Assembly (NCBI GenBank): GCA_963725865.1
Contig: CAVSAC010000014.1
Span: 448,001 to 512,000, forward strand
DNA from: Candidatus Eiseniibacteriota bacterium
Lineage (GTDB): Bacteria > Eisenbacteria > RBG-16-71-46
DNA length: 64,000 nucleotides
Direction: 5' to 3'
The stretch's first letter is position 1, and each line of letters begins with the position of its first letter. Made by a program: the position numbers and the translations under genes. Of the stretch, positions 41,300-52,614 are shown in pieces. The notes beneath the pieces were generated by a model, which ran no database searches, was not told the DNA's origin, and saw only the letters and a program-made list of their open reading frames with translations.

Positions 41300-43822
41300 A
41301 TGGACTTCTTCGCGCGGCAGGAGACCGCCCGCGCGCAGACGCGCTGGCTGATCGCGCTGTTCGTGCTGGCGGTGATCGTCGTGGACCTCGCGGTGACGGT
41401 CGTGCTCGTGGTGCTGCTCGCGGGCGGGCTGGGTCGCCAGGCCGCGCTCGCCGATCCCGCCCGCTGGCTGGCCAGCAACGCGCCCGAGCTCGCGCTGTGC
41501 GCGCTGGCGGTGCTCGCGATCGTCCTCGGCGGTGCGGCCGCCAAGTCGCTCCAGCTGCAGGGCGGCGGCGCCGTGGTGGCGCGCCTGATGGGCGCCGACC
41601 TGGTGGACCGCAACACGACCGACCCGGCCAAGAAGCGGCTGCTGAACGTGGTCGAGGAGATGGCGCTGGCCTCCGGCGTGCCGGTGCCGGCGGTCTACGT
41701 CATGGAGGGCGAGGGCGGCATCAACGCGTTCGCGGCGGGTCACACCGCGGCCGATTCGGTGGTCACGGTCACGCGCGGCGCGCTCGACCGCTTCGACCGC
41801 GACCGAGCTCCAGGGCGTCGTCGCCCACGAGTTCAGCCACATCCTGAACGGCGACATGCGGCTCAACCTGCGGCTCATCGGGCTGGTCGCGGGGCTGTTC
41901 GCGATCGCGACCGTCGGGCGCCTGCTGCTGCGCGGCGGCTCCCGCAGCCGCAAGGGCGGCGGGATCGCGCTGGCCGGTCTCGCCATCGTGGTGCTCGGCT
42001 ACGTGGGCGTGATGTTCGGCCGCATGATCCAGGCGGCGATCTCGCGCCAGCGCGAGTTCCTGGCCGACGCCTCGGCGGTGCAGTTCACGCGCGACCCGCA
42101 GGGGCTGCGCGACGCGCTGGTCCTGGTGGGCGCCTCGCGAGACGGGCTCGCGCGTGCCACGCCGACGAAGCGCATGAGGTCGCGCACATGTTCTTCGCCT
42201 CCGGATTGTCGGGCGCTGTTCGCCACCCACCCGCCGCTGGCGGATCGCATCCGCGCGCTCGACCCGTCGTTCCGAGCCCGAGGAGTTCGAGCGCGTCGCC
42301 GAGCGCCTGCAGGCCCGCGCGCCGGCATCCGCCGCGGCGCCCGCGCACGCCGTCGCGGGCGCGGACTTCGTCGACGCCGCGACCCGCATCGTGCTGGGTT
42401 CCGCCGCCGTCGCCGCGAGCGTGGGGAATCCGCGCGCGCCCCACGTGCGCCACGCCGCACTTCTGCGCGATGCGATGCCCGCGGGGCTGGCGGCCGACGC
42501 GGCCGATCCCGCGACCGCGCGCGCGCTGCTGGTCGCGCTGGTCGGCGCCGCGACCGGCACGTCCCCCGAGCGCCGCACCGAAGCGCTCGCGAGCGCGTTT
42601 GGCGCCGACGTGGCCGCCGCGGCCGCGCAGCGGTCCGACCTCGACACGCTGGCGGAGGATCAGCGTCTGCCGCTGCTGCTCCAGCTCATCCCCGCGCTCG
42701 GGCGCCTGCCGCTCGCCGACCGCCAGGCCCTGATCGCAGGCATCGACCAGATGATGCGCGCCGACGGCACCATCACGCTCCCTGAGTACGCGCTCGCCCG
42801 GCTCGCGCGCGTGCACCTCGGCGAGCAGGCCGCGCCGCGCACAGGCGCCTCGCAGGCCACGCTGCTCCAGCTCGAGGCGGACCTCCAGGTGCTGTTCTCG
42901 ACGCTCGCCCGGTGCGGACACGCGCGCGAGGAGGATGCGAGGAACGCCTATGAGCGCGGCCTCACGCGGGCGCTGCCCGGGCGCCGCGCGCCCTTCCAGC
43001 CGCTGGCGGACTGGGTGCCGGCGATGGACGCCGCGCTCGACCGGCTCGACCGCCTGCGGCCGGCGGACAAGCAGCGACTGATCGACGCGCTGGCGATCAT
43101 CGTGGCGCACGACGGCGCGCTCGAGCTGGCCGAGGCGGAGATGCTGCGCGCGGTGTGCGGTTCGCTCCACTGCCCACTGCCACCGTTCGATGGGCATCGG
43201 GACCGCGACGGCCCCCGGCGGCCTCGCCGCGGGGATCGGGATGCTGGCGGCCGACCAGCGGCTGCCGCTGCTGCTGCAGGCGATCCCGGCGCTCGGGCGC
43301 CTGCCGCTCGCCGACCGCCAGGAGCTGATCGCCGGCATCGATCGCGCGGTGCGTGCCGACGGGGTCATCACGCTCTCGGAGTACGCGCTCGCCCGCCTCG
43401 CGCGCGTACACCTGGGCGAGCAGATCGCGCCGCCCGCGGGCGCCTCGCAGGCCACGCTGCTCCAGCTCGAATCCGAGATCCAGGTGGTGTTCTCGACGCT
43501 CGCGCACGGCGGCCATGCCCGTGAGGCCGACGCGAAGGACGCCTATGAGCGCGGCCTCATGCGCGCGCTGCCGGGGCGGCGCGCGCCCTACCAGCCGGTG
43601 GCGGACTGGGTGCCCGCGATGGACGCGGCCCTCGACCGGCTCGACCGCCTGCGTCCGGCCGACAAGGAGCGGCTGGTCGACGCGCTGGGGATCATCGTGT
43701 CGCACGACGGCGAGCTGGAGCTGGTCGAGGCGGAGCTGCTGCGCGCGATGTGCGGCTCGCTCCACTGTCCGCTGCCGCCGTTCGTGGATGCCGACGAGGC
43801 GTCGGCCCGCGAGCGGGCGTGA
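41300..43822 (+). CDS. HtpX/M48 zinc metalloprotease with duplicated C-terminal domain (several frameshifts)
   Basis: NVVEEMA, INAFAAG, ELQGVVAHEFSH, SRQREFLADA, THPP..RI spread over shifted frames (breaks near 41803, 42150-42280, 43190). Confidence 0.8.
42648..43784 (+). repeat. Diverged ~542-bp intragenic direct repeat
   Basis: 42648-43189 aligns to 43243-43784 without gaps; both encode LA.DQRLPLLLQ...SLHCPLPPF. Confidence 0.92.
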
Positions 43823-43853
43823 GCGGGCGGACGCTTCGGTCTCAACGGCGGGA

Positions 43854-43954
43854 TCAGAGCCCGCTGGCGCCCTCCAGCAGCTCGGTGAGCCGCCGCAGGA
43901 AGCGCGCTACCGGGACGCCGTCCACCACATCGTGGTCGAACTGACTCAAACTCA
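43854..43954 (-). pseudogene. 3' tail of a 2-oxoacid dehydrogenase E2-like acyltransferase
   Basis: LSLSQFDHDVVDGVPVARFL..L..LLE* (DH...DG catalytic motif); rest of the gene is absent. Confidence 0.7.
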
Positions 43955-44900
43955 ATAGGGATTTCCTTTCGCGGGCCCGCGAGCCTAGCCCCGTCCCGAC
44001 CGCCGCCGAAGGGCTAACTCCCCTCCCGAGACCCTCGCCGGCGCGCTTCCACCTGCCCACCGCACCTCGAACGGCACCTCCCACCGCGCGCACCGTGCCC
44101 GAGGCCTCAGGCCCGGCGGCCTTCCGGTCTCGTGGCGCGCACCTCGCCCAGCGCCGGCCCGGCGACTGTTCGCTCCGACCGCTCCCCGGGAGCTTCCCGC
44201 GCGTGACCCGCGCCTACGCCGTCGCTGCTCCCGCCCACGGCCCAGCGCGAGCATCGACCCCGCGCTGCTCGAGGTGCGCGAGGAGGCGCGTGACCACCGC
44301 GTGCTCGGTCACGAACGCCATGATGCGCATCGCGCCGCCACAGCGAGGACACACCTCGACGTCCACCGCGAACACCCGCCGCAGCAGTTCCGCCCAGCGC
44401 CGCCGCCGCGCCCGCAGCGCCGGCCACGGAGCCACCTCGCGCTCAGCCTTGTGCGTGACCTCATGCCCCGCACCCGCGAGCACCACGCCGCGTCGCCGCC
44501 ACCAGCCGCGCCGCCGGCTGGCGTACGCCCCGTAGTAGCGCACCCGCACCTCGCCCTTCGCCGGGATGTGCTGCACCAGTCGCGCCAGGAACTCCACCGC
44601 GGCGAACCGGTGCACGCCCACATACGGACCCTCGCTCGCGTCCGACACCAGCTCGACTTCGGCGCGCTCGGCGTCGTAGTGCAACCGCGACTCGGCCACC
44701 GGCGCGCGCGCCCCGTAGCGCGCCACGCGCAGCACGGCCGCGCGATCGTCCGCGGGAATCGCCGCTCCCACGTGCGCGCTGAACCCCGAGTGCGGCCACC
44801 CGAGCATCGCCGCCGCCGCGTTCTCGTCGAGCCAGCCCTGGCGCACGAACAGCGCGAGCACGGCGCGTTGCCACGCCCCCGCGAGCACTGCCGCGTCGTG
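43955..44900 (-). mobile_element. ISCR/IS91-like rolling-circle element remnant (3' half plus oriIS-like end)
   Basis: Transposase C-terminal half followed about 260 bp downstream by GAAAGGAAATCCCTAT; this end recurs at 52615. Confidence 0.75.
44214..44900 (-). pseudogene. ISCR/IS91-family transposase, C-terminal fragment
   Basis: HSGFSAH, ARYGARAPVAESRL (RYxxR), EFLARLVQHIP, VRYYGAYA, WAELLRRVFAVD...CPRCGG. Confidence 0.85.
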
Positions 44901-45727
44901 CGAGCGCCGCGGTTGCTGGACCTGCGGCTCCCGGGACGCTCCGGCCGCTGGGAAGTGCGCCGCGGCACCTACCGCCACGGCGGACGGCCGCACGAGCTGG
45001 TCGTGTTGTCCGACCTCGGCCGCTCGCTGTGCGAGGAGGAGCGCCAGGCGTGGCAGCGGCTGATTCGCGTCCTCAGCCACGAGATCAACAACTCGCTCGC
45101 GCCGATCCAGTCGATCGCCGGCAGCGCTGCGGATCCGCGCTCGAGCGCGCGCGGCCGCGAACGAGGGCCCCGACGAAGACGTGCGCGAAGGACTGCGCGT
45201 GATCGAGTCGCGCTCGCAAGCGCTCGCGCGGTTCATGCACGCGTACGCGCGCTCGCGCGCCTGCCGCAGCCCGAGCCCGAGGCGGTCGACGTCGGACGCA
45301 GGCGGTGCGCCGCGCGGTCGACGCTGGAGACGCGGCTCTCCCGTCGCGGTGCGCGACGGACCGCGGTCTGACCGTGAGCGCCGACGCCGACCAGCTCGAC
45401 CAGCTGCTCATCAACCTCGTGCGCAACGCCGCCGACGCGGCGCTCGAGACCGGCGGCGGCGCGTGGATCGGCTGGGGCGTCGCGGCGAGCGGGCTCGAGC
45501 TGGAGGTGGAGGACGAAGGGCCCGGTCTCGCCGACACCGGCAACCTGTTCGTGCCGTTCTTCACCACCAAGCCCGGCGGCTCCGGCATCGGCCTCGCGCT
45601 CAGCCGCCAGATCGCCGAGGCGCACGGCGGCACGCTGACGCTGGAGAATCGCAAGGGTGCACGCGGCTGCGTGGCGACGCTGCACTTGCCCCTGTCGGCC
45701 GGGGACGAGCGAGCGCCGCGCCACTGA
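44901..45727 (+). pseudogene. Sensor histidine kinase, 5'-truncated and frameshifted
   Basis: AWQRLIRVLSHEINNSLAPI (H box), QLLINLVRNA, DEGPG, FFTTK, GSGIGL. Confidence 0.85.
45673..45701 (+). repeat. 29-bp direct repeat, copy 1 (histidine kinase 3' end)
   Basis: ggcgacgctgcacttgcccctgtcggccg; 27/29 identical to 48499-48527. Confidence 0.8.
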
Positions 45728-45741
45728 CCGGCGCGTCGGCG

Positions 45742-48393
45742 TCACTTCAGAAGACTGGCATCCCAATTCTGCACGAGGTGGAGCGAGGTGTGGGGGAGAC
45801 CAGGGCCCGGAGTCGCGACCAGGAAACGAGTGCCGTCGGGCGAGGGGCACGTCCCTCGGCTCTCGTCCGGCAAGCGAAAGAGCGTGGTGGTGGGTCCGGG
45901 GCGGTAGCCGCCGGGTGCCGGCAGGAGCGCCATGGAGCGCAAAGTCTGATTGTCCGTGGCGACGAAGATCAGTTGGTTCCCGACCGCCCAGACAGAGTGC
46001 CGACTGGAGGGGGCATACCCGCAGCCGTCGCTGGTCAGGCGTACCGCGTGGTGACGCTCCGGGAAATCGTCGAGGTAGAGTTCCTTTCGTCCGCTGGCGT
46101 CCGAGACGAAGACGGCGTGGTGCCCGTCCGGAAGGATCGCCAGATCCGACTCGTCGGCTGAGCTCGCCGCGTAGGCCCGTTCGAGCCTCGGTCTCGCGGC
46201 GTTGTACAGCATCAGGTCCCCCCGGCCGTTCGAAGCTCCGCGCACGAGCACGAACAGCTTGCCGCCCGGAGCCGCCACGATTAGGTCGCCGAATTGGGCT
46301 CCGGATATCAGCACCCCGTATGCCGACGGGTCATCCGGGCTCATGATGCGATTCTCCCGCCCACCCTCCTCTCCCGAGGCGTAGAGGATCCTGGTGCCAT
46401 CGGCGGACCAGATGGGCCAACTGTTCCATGCCTTGGGATCGGTGAGCCTCGCAACCGCACCCGTTCCCAGGTCTGCCAGCCAAAGGCACGTCTCGTATCC
46501 CTCGATCCGCCGGGTGATAAGTTGCCGCCCCGTCGCATCGAGGCTGTGGGCGATGCACGGCCCCTCCAGTCGCACGACCACGCCTCCCGGAAGGCCTGCA
46601 CGCGTGTACCAGCGGTATTCCGTTGCACGCTGATCCTCAGGGTAATAGACCATCGTGGGTCCGGCGACCAGCGCGATCGGGGTGGCGGGGAACGGCACCT
46701 GCAACGCGGGACTCTCGGCCAAGGCCGCGGGTTCGCCGATCAGTCGGCGGCCCTGCAAGTCGACCTGCTGCGTCAGCAGGGCATCGTCTCGCAGGAAGAC
46801 GAGCCGGCCGCGTCCGTCAGATCTCGGCGAGCTCTGCGCCAGCAGCAGCACCCTGTCTGATCGGCCGACCAGGTCGCCCACATGGATGCTGTAGAGGTTC
46901 GGTTGAACGGGGGGGTAGGCCGCGAAGAGAAAGTGACGCCCATCGGGAAGCAGTTCGGGGAAGATGTGGCCCACCTCGTGCCGGCCTTCGTCGAGCATCG
47001 TTGCTGGCTCCGGCGTCCCTCCGCTTGCTCGAACACGCATCAGGGGGCCACCGGATTCTCGGCCGTACACGATCCACCCGTCCGGTGTCCAAAAGCCGCC
47101 GACGTAGCCCGTGGCATCGCATATCACCTGAACGGTGCCATCGGCGACCTTGATGCGGACCAGCTTGTTGTCCCCCGAGCGGAAGGCAATTTCGCGCGAG
47201 TCCGGGGACCAGATCGGATACTCCACGTTTCGACTGGTTCCGATCAGGCGAGGCCGGACCTCATCGAGGCGTCGTACAAAGATGGCCGAATCGCCGCGTG
47301 TCAGCGCTACGGACCTTCCGTCTGGCGAAAGCGCATACTCATTCTGCCAAGGTGCCCACTCGAAGGTGAGTTGCGTCTTGATCGGGGCCGCGCCCCGCTG
47401 CGTGGCCCATGGTCGAAGCGCGAGCGCGCCGGCTCCGAGCGAAACCAGTCCCGCCAGCGTTCCGATCAGGAGCGGCGCCAGGAGCGCACGCCGGTTCGCC
47501 CTTCCCACGACCGTGTCGCTCGCGGCGCCTCCCGGCGCTGCCAGGCGGCGGAGTTCCCGCGCCAGGTCCGCCGCATTCTGCCAGCGCAGGTCGGGGTCCT
47601 TGGACAAACACGTTCGGATGAGACTTTCGAACGCGCTGAAGCCCGCCGTGCCCACGTTTGGGAGCGGTGGCGGTTCGGCGGTGAGGATGGCCGCCGCCAG
47701 GCTCGCCGTGGATCCCGCTTCAAAGGCACGACGGCCCGCGACCATTTCGAACATCGTCGCGCCCAGAGCCCAGAGATCCGAGCGCGCGTCGGCGGATTGA
47801 CCCTGCAACAGTTCGGGCGCCGTGTAGGGCAGCGTGCCGACCAGCGTGTTCGAGGCCGAGAGGGCGGCGGGCTCGGTCGGCGACTGAGAGAGTCTCTCTT
47901 CCGCCCCGCCGGCGTCGCGAAGCAATCGCGCGAGTCCGAAGTCCATGAGCTTGACCCCGGTCTTCGTGATCATGATGTTGCCGGGCTTCAGGTCGCGGTG
48001 GAGGATCCCGGCGCGGTGCGCCCGGGCGAGTGCCTCGGCCGTCTGAGCGCTGAACTCCAGCGCTTCGGCGAGCCTCAGCGGTCCTCTCTCGATCCGCGCG
48101 GCGAGCGTCTCGCCCTCCACAAGTTCGAGGACGAGGTAGTCGATGCCCTCCGCCTGCCCGACGTCGTGAAGCACGCAGATGTGCGGGTGGCTGAGCGACG
48201 CGACAGCGCGCGCCTCGCGCTCGAAGCGGGCGCGCGCATCGGGGCTCGACACAAGGTGGCCGGCCAGCACCTTGAGGGCGACGTCCCGCCCCAGGCGGCT
48301 GTCGCGCGCCCGGTAGACCTCGCCCATGCCTCCGGCGCCGAGCGCTGAAAGGATCTGGTATGGGCCAAGTGTGGTTCCGACCTTGATTGGCAC
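45742..48393 (-). CDS. Ser/Thr kinase with TM helix and TolB-like beta-propeller
   Basis: GAGGMGEVY, VALK, HRDLKPGN, DFG, APE; repeated (W)SPDG blades; visibly lower GC in the 3' half. Confidence 0.9.
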   Translation of the reverse strand: MPIKVGTTLGPYQILSALGAGGMGEVYRARDSRLGRDVALKVLAGHLVSSPDARARFEREARAVASLSHPHICVLHDVGQAEGIDYLVLELVEGETLAARIERGPLRLAEALEFSAQTAEALARAHRAGILHRDLKPGNIMITKTGVKLMDFGLARLLRDAGGAEERLSQSPTEPAALSASNTLVGTLPYTAPELLQGQSADARSDLWALGATMFEMVAGRRAFEAGSTASLAAAILTAEPPPLPNVGTAGFSAFESLIRTCLSKDPDLRWQNAADLARELRRLAAPGGAASDTVVGRANRRALLAPLLIGTLAGLVSLGAGALALRPWATQRGAAPIKTQLTFEWAPWQNEYALSPDGRSVALTRGDSAIFVRRLDEVRPRLIGTSRNVEYPIWSPDSREIAFRSGDNKLVRIKVADGTVQVICDATGYVGGFWTPDGWIVYGRESGGPLMRVRASGGTPEPATMLDEGRHEVGHIFPELLPDGRHFLFAAYPPVQPNLYSIHVGDLVGRSDRVLLLAQSSPRSDGRGRLVFLRDDALLTQQVDLQGRRLIGEPAALAESPALQVPFPATPIALVAGPTMVYYPEDQRATEYRWYTRAGLPGGVVVRLEGPCIAHSLDATGRQLITRRIEGYETCLWLADLGTGAVARLTDPKAWNSWPIWSADGTRILYASGEEGGRENRIMSPDDPSAYGVLISGAQFGDLIVAAPGGKLFVLVRGASNGRGDLMLYNAARPRLERAYAASSADESDLAILPDGHHAVFVSDASGRKELYLDDFPERHHAVRLTSDGCGYAPSSRHSVWAVGNQLIFVATDNQTLRSMALLPAPGGYRPGPTTTLFRLPDESRGTCPSPDGTRFLVATPGPGLPHTSLHLVQNWDASLLK

Positions 48394-48498
48394 TGTGCGC
48401 CTCGCAGTCACGGCCGCCGCGATGGACCCGATACCCGCAAGCGTCAGGCAGCATAGCAACGATTCCGTGGGCCCCACCACGGCTTCCCGGGGGCGCCC

Positions 48499-48527
48499 GG
48501 CCACGCTGCACTTGCCGCTGTCGGCCG
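48499..48527 (+). repeat. 29-bp direct repeat, copy 2 (orphan histidine kinase tail, stop at 48544)
   Basis: ggccacgctgcacttgccgctgtcggccg, reads ATLHLPLSAAADRG*. Confidence 0.8.
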
Positions 48528-48597
48528 CCGCGGACCGGGGCTAGACTCCGGAGCATCCTCGCAGCCCTTCTGATTCAACCCCCTTCGGAGGTGTGCC

Positions 48598-48700
48598 ATG
48601 TCCAGCCGCGAACACGCGATGTTCATTGCTTCGTGGGAGCACGAGGCCAAGTCCACGGTCAAGCTCCTGAACGCCCTTCCCGCCGACAAGTACGACTTCC
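48598..48700 (+). pseudogene. DinB-family gene, 5' fragment
   Basis: GGAGG RBS; MSSREHAMFIASWEHEAKSTVKLLNALPADKYDF then runs into IS sequence. Confidence 0.65.
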
Positions 48701-48891
48701 CGCCGCGGTGCGCGCCTACCCCGCCGCCGCTTCCGCCCACGGTCCCGCGCGCGCCTCCACCCGGCGCCGCTCGAGGTGCGCGAGGATGCGCGTGACCACC
48801 ACCGGCTCGGTCCAGCCGCGCCGCCGGCTGGCGTACGCCCCGTAGTGGCGCACCCGTACCTCGCCCTTCGCCGGGATGTGCCGCACCAGTC
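48696..48891 (-). mobile_element. Second, internally deleted ISCR-like transposase remnant
   Basis: Aligns to 44193-44310 joined to 44502-44581 (about 190-bp deletion), with substitutions. Confidence 0.8.
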
Positions 48892-48893
48892 TC

Positions 48894-49001
48894 TCACTCG
48901 CGGTACAGCGTCCACGGCGTGGTCACGTCGTACACGCCAGCGACACCGCGCAGTCCCCCAACGACCGCGGGCGCGAGGCTCGCGCCCCGCGCCCGCTCCA
49001 T
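48894..49001 (-). other. 35-codon mini-ORF MERARG...AGVYDVTTPWTLYRE, possibly a collapsed gene remnant
   Basis: GGAG RBS + ATG just downstream of the atpC copy; the same start is present after the main atpC. Confidence 0.35.
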
Positions 49002-49019
49002 GCCGCTCCGGCTCCGCGT

Positions 49020-49313
49020 CTAAGCGTCGCTCTTCGGCCTGAGCCCCTCCGGCACCTCGCCGACCGCGTCGGCGAGCACCGTGGCCTGGTTGTTCGAGAC
49101 CTCGAAGAACCCCCCGCTCACCTGCATCGTGAACTCGGCGCCGTCCGGCCGCCGCAGCATGAGCGCGCCCTGCGCGAGTGCCGTCACCAGCGCGGCGTGA
49201 TGCGCCAGCACCCCGAGCGAGCCCTCGGTGCCCGGCACCTGCACGTACTCCACCGGGCCCTCGAACACCGAGCGCTCGGGCGTCAGGATCGACAGCTGGA
49301 AGCTCGTCCCCAT
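49020..49313 (-). CDS. atpC: ATP synthase epsilon subunit, second copy
   Basis: Identical to 52876-53166 except the C-terminus (RPKSDA vs TTEPR). Confidence 0.85.
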   Translation of the reverse strand: MGTSFQLSILTPERSVFEGPVEYVQVPGTEGSLGVLAHHAALVTALAQGALMLRRPDGAEFTMQVSGGFFEVSNNQATVLADAVGEVPEGLRPKSDA

Positions 49314-49317
49314 CGGC

Positions 49318-50076
<759 letters not shown>

Positions 50077-50079
50077 CTA

Positions 50080-52476
50080 CTAGGGCAAGAGGAGCAGCCT
50101 GCGTACCGACGTCGCGGCGACGGATCGCGCTCTCAGGAAGTAGAGGCCTGCAGCGGCGGGCTCACCGCCGGCCGCGCTCCCATCCCACGAGAGTGAGTGG
50201 AGGCCAGCACTAAAGCTACGGCTCGCCAGCGCCGCGACGCGCCGGCCTTGCGTATCGAACACGTCCAGCGAGACGTCGGCCGGTTCCGCGAGCTCGAGCA
50301 CGAAACGGCTGGAACCCCGCGTGGGATTCGGCGATGGCGACGAGAGACGCAGTGCGGCGGTCGGGATCCGCGATGGCCCTACGGCGGCCGGTTCCGGGGG
50401 TGTGAAGCGAAGTGCCCAAAAGCTGGTTGCCCCGTCCGTGCACACCACCAGACGATCGCCGACGGGGTCGTAGATCGCGGCGCCGCTCAGCAACTCCCAC
50501 GGCTGGGTCGGGCCCGTCCCTAGGATCTGAAGGCGCGACCAGGTCGGCGCGGATCCGAGTGAGAGCGCCCATTCGCGATTCACCACAACACGGTGGCGGT
50601 GGGGATCGAAGATGGCTTCGATCGCGGTGCCGGAATTGGGCCCGGTCCCGGTGGTCGAGAGATGCGCCCACACTCCGATCGGATCCAACGGCAGCATCCA
50701 GACGTCGCCGGCGCCCAGGTCACCAATGAAGATGAGCCGACGGCAATCGGCATCCAGAACTACCGTAGGGTAGCCATTCAAGCCGAACGGACTCGTGGAG
50801 AACCTCTGCGTCCACTCAGGTACCGGCCCGAACTTGAGGGACCACAGCGACCGATCTGGATCCTGGCCGTAGTAGGGGTCGCCGCCGACAACGAACATCT
50901 GGTCCGTGAGCGGGTCGAAGACCGCGCTATGACCCCACCTCGCCGCGGGTGGAATACCGGTCGGCCACAACTCCTCCCAAGGAGTCCCGAAATCCAGGTC
51001 GGCGACCCAGGTGTCATTGGCGAGGTCGCCAGGTATGCCGACATATGGCTTGTCCATGCCACCAAACAGCACCAGGTGGTTCCGGCCAACGTCAAGCACG
51101 ATCGACCCACCGAGTCGCCACGGACGCATATAAGGGTTCCCCCCCGTGACGGTCTCGGCCTTCAGGTCATAGCTCACCCGATCTCCGATCCCATACTGTC
51201 CATATCGGTAAAGATTCCCGTATCCTCCGTGGACGAGCATGCGACGATTGGACGGATCGTAGGCGGCTCTCGAACCGCTGATGTGCTCGGGCGGCGCCCC
51301 GACGGCTACAGATTGCCAGGATGAATCCGCATCAAAGACGAGCGAAGTCGCGTCGCTGAAGTCAAAGGTCGGTTGGTTGCTCCAGTCAACGTAGTTATCG
51401 TACCAGCCGCCGCAGATCACCATTCGATCGCGCACCGGATCATAGACCGCGGAGTGTCCAGCGCGGTCATGCGGCTCATCAACGGTGACGAGCTTCGTCC
51501 AGGTCGGCTCCGGTGACAATGAAAGTGCCCAGCAGCCAACCTCGTTGAAGGCTGGCTCCTGAAAGCAGTCCCAATTGCAGTCTGGAGTGATACCACAATG
51601 ATAGAGTATCCAATCGTGCCCGCCGAAGATCACCATGCGGTCGCGCACGGGATCGTAGATCGCGCTGTGCTGCCCGGTGGAGGGACCGGACGGAAGGGAT
51701 AGCTGCTGCCACATTGAGCCCGCGGCAAGGGATAGCGTCCAAACTTCGTTCACGGCCATGAGGTGTTCGTCACATGGCGGCGGCATGTGGACGTACCCGC
51801 CATACACCAACACTTGATCACGCGCCTTGTCGTGAATCACGGAGAACCCGGTCCTAGGCCCGGCTGGCGCAGCGGATGTCGGCAAAGCGGTCCATTCGAG
51901 TGGGCACACGAGCAGGAGCTGCCACACTTCCAGCTGCGCGGTGAAGGCGAGCAACCGATCGCGCACCGGGTCGTAGAGCAGAGCGAGGTAGTCCGGCGGC
52001 GAGCCCGAGGTTGGCAACGTCTTCCACGCGGCATCAGCGCCCAGCGACAGGCTCCACAGCGAGGCGCCCGAGCCCACCAACATTCGTTGGCGCACGGGGT
52101 CATAGATCGCGAGACCGCCCGGAGGTGGAGCCCCCTCGGGGTTCACGCGCGACCACCAGCCACCGGCTCCCAACCCAAGGCCCCACATCTGGCCTCCGCC
52201 GAACACCAACATGCGATCCCCGACCGGATCGAGAATCGCACTGTGATCCCGACGCACGGGTGGTGCGAGCTCGATCCACTCGGCATCGAACTCGGATGTG
52301 TCGAGACACGTCGGAGTCCCAAGGAACGCACCACCGGGGGCTACGGGCGTCGGGGTCGGCACGGGTGCGACGGGGATCGATGTCGCAGCGACCGCAGAGC
52401 TCGCGGGCAACAGGATCGCCCCGATCCCCCAAAGCACAACGGGGAATGCCCATCGGATCAGAAGCAGCGGCCTCAT
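50080..52476 (-). CDS. Secreted Kelch-like beta-propeller protein with C-terminal FlgD-Ig domain
   Basis: Signal peptide; about 12 HSA.YDP.RDRM..FGG-type repeats; PSPNP...FDTQGRRV...WDG...GLYFLR; lower GC. Confidence 0.85.
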   Translation of the reverse strand: MRPLLLIRWAFPVVLWGIGAILLPASSAVAATSIPVAPVPTPTPVAPGGAFLGTPTCLDTSEFDAEWIELAPPVRRDHSAILDPVGDRMLVFGGGQMWGLGLGAGGWWSRVNPEGAPPPGGLAIYDPVRQRMLVGSGASLWSLSLGADAAWKTLPTSGSPPDYLALLYDPVRDRLLAFTAQLEVWQLLLVCPLEWTALPTSAAPAGPRTGFSVIHDKARDQVLVYGGYVHMPPPCDEHLMAVNEVWTLSLAAGSMWQQLSLPSGPSTGQHSAIYDPVRDRMVIFGGHDWILYHCGITPDCNWDCFQEPAFNEVGCWALSLSPEPTWTKLVTVDEPHDRAGHSAVYDPVRDRMVICGGWYDNYVDWSNQPTFDFSDATSLVFDADSSWQSVAVGAPPEHISGSRAAYDPSNRRMLVHGGYGNLYRYGQYGIGDRVSYDLKAETVTGGNPYMRPWRLGGSIVLDVGRNHLVLFGGMDKPYVGIPGDLANDTWVADLDFGTPWEELWPTGIPPAARWGHSAVFDPLTDQMFVVGGDPYYGQDPDRSLWSLKFGPVPEWTQRFSTSPFGLNGYPTVVLDADCRRLIFIGDLGAGDVWMLPLDPIGVWAHLSTTGTGPNSGTAIEAIFDPHRHRVVVNREWALSLGSAPTWSRLQILGTGPTQPWELLSGAAIYDPVGDRLVVCTDGATSFWALRFTPPEPAAVGPSRIPTAALRLSSPSPNPTRGSSRFVLELAEPADVSLDVFDTQGRRVAALASRSFSAGLHSLSWDGSAAGGEPAAAGLYFLRARSVAATSVRRLLLLP

Positions 52477-52614
52477 GGCGTGCCTCGATTTGCCCTCCCT
52501 CGCGAGTCATGAAGGAGGATCCTGTTTCATGCGACGTACGGTACTACCCGCCCTGTCACCTACAAAGGGGTTTGGCGGCTCCCGGTATGCACGCCCAGGG
52601 CATTGCGGTTACGG

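Noticed and set aside
42648..43784. Diversity-generating retroelement TR/VR pair
   Set aside because: Too long, mismatches are not adenine-specific, and no reverse transcriptase is present in the window.
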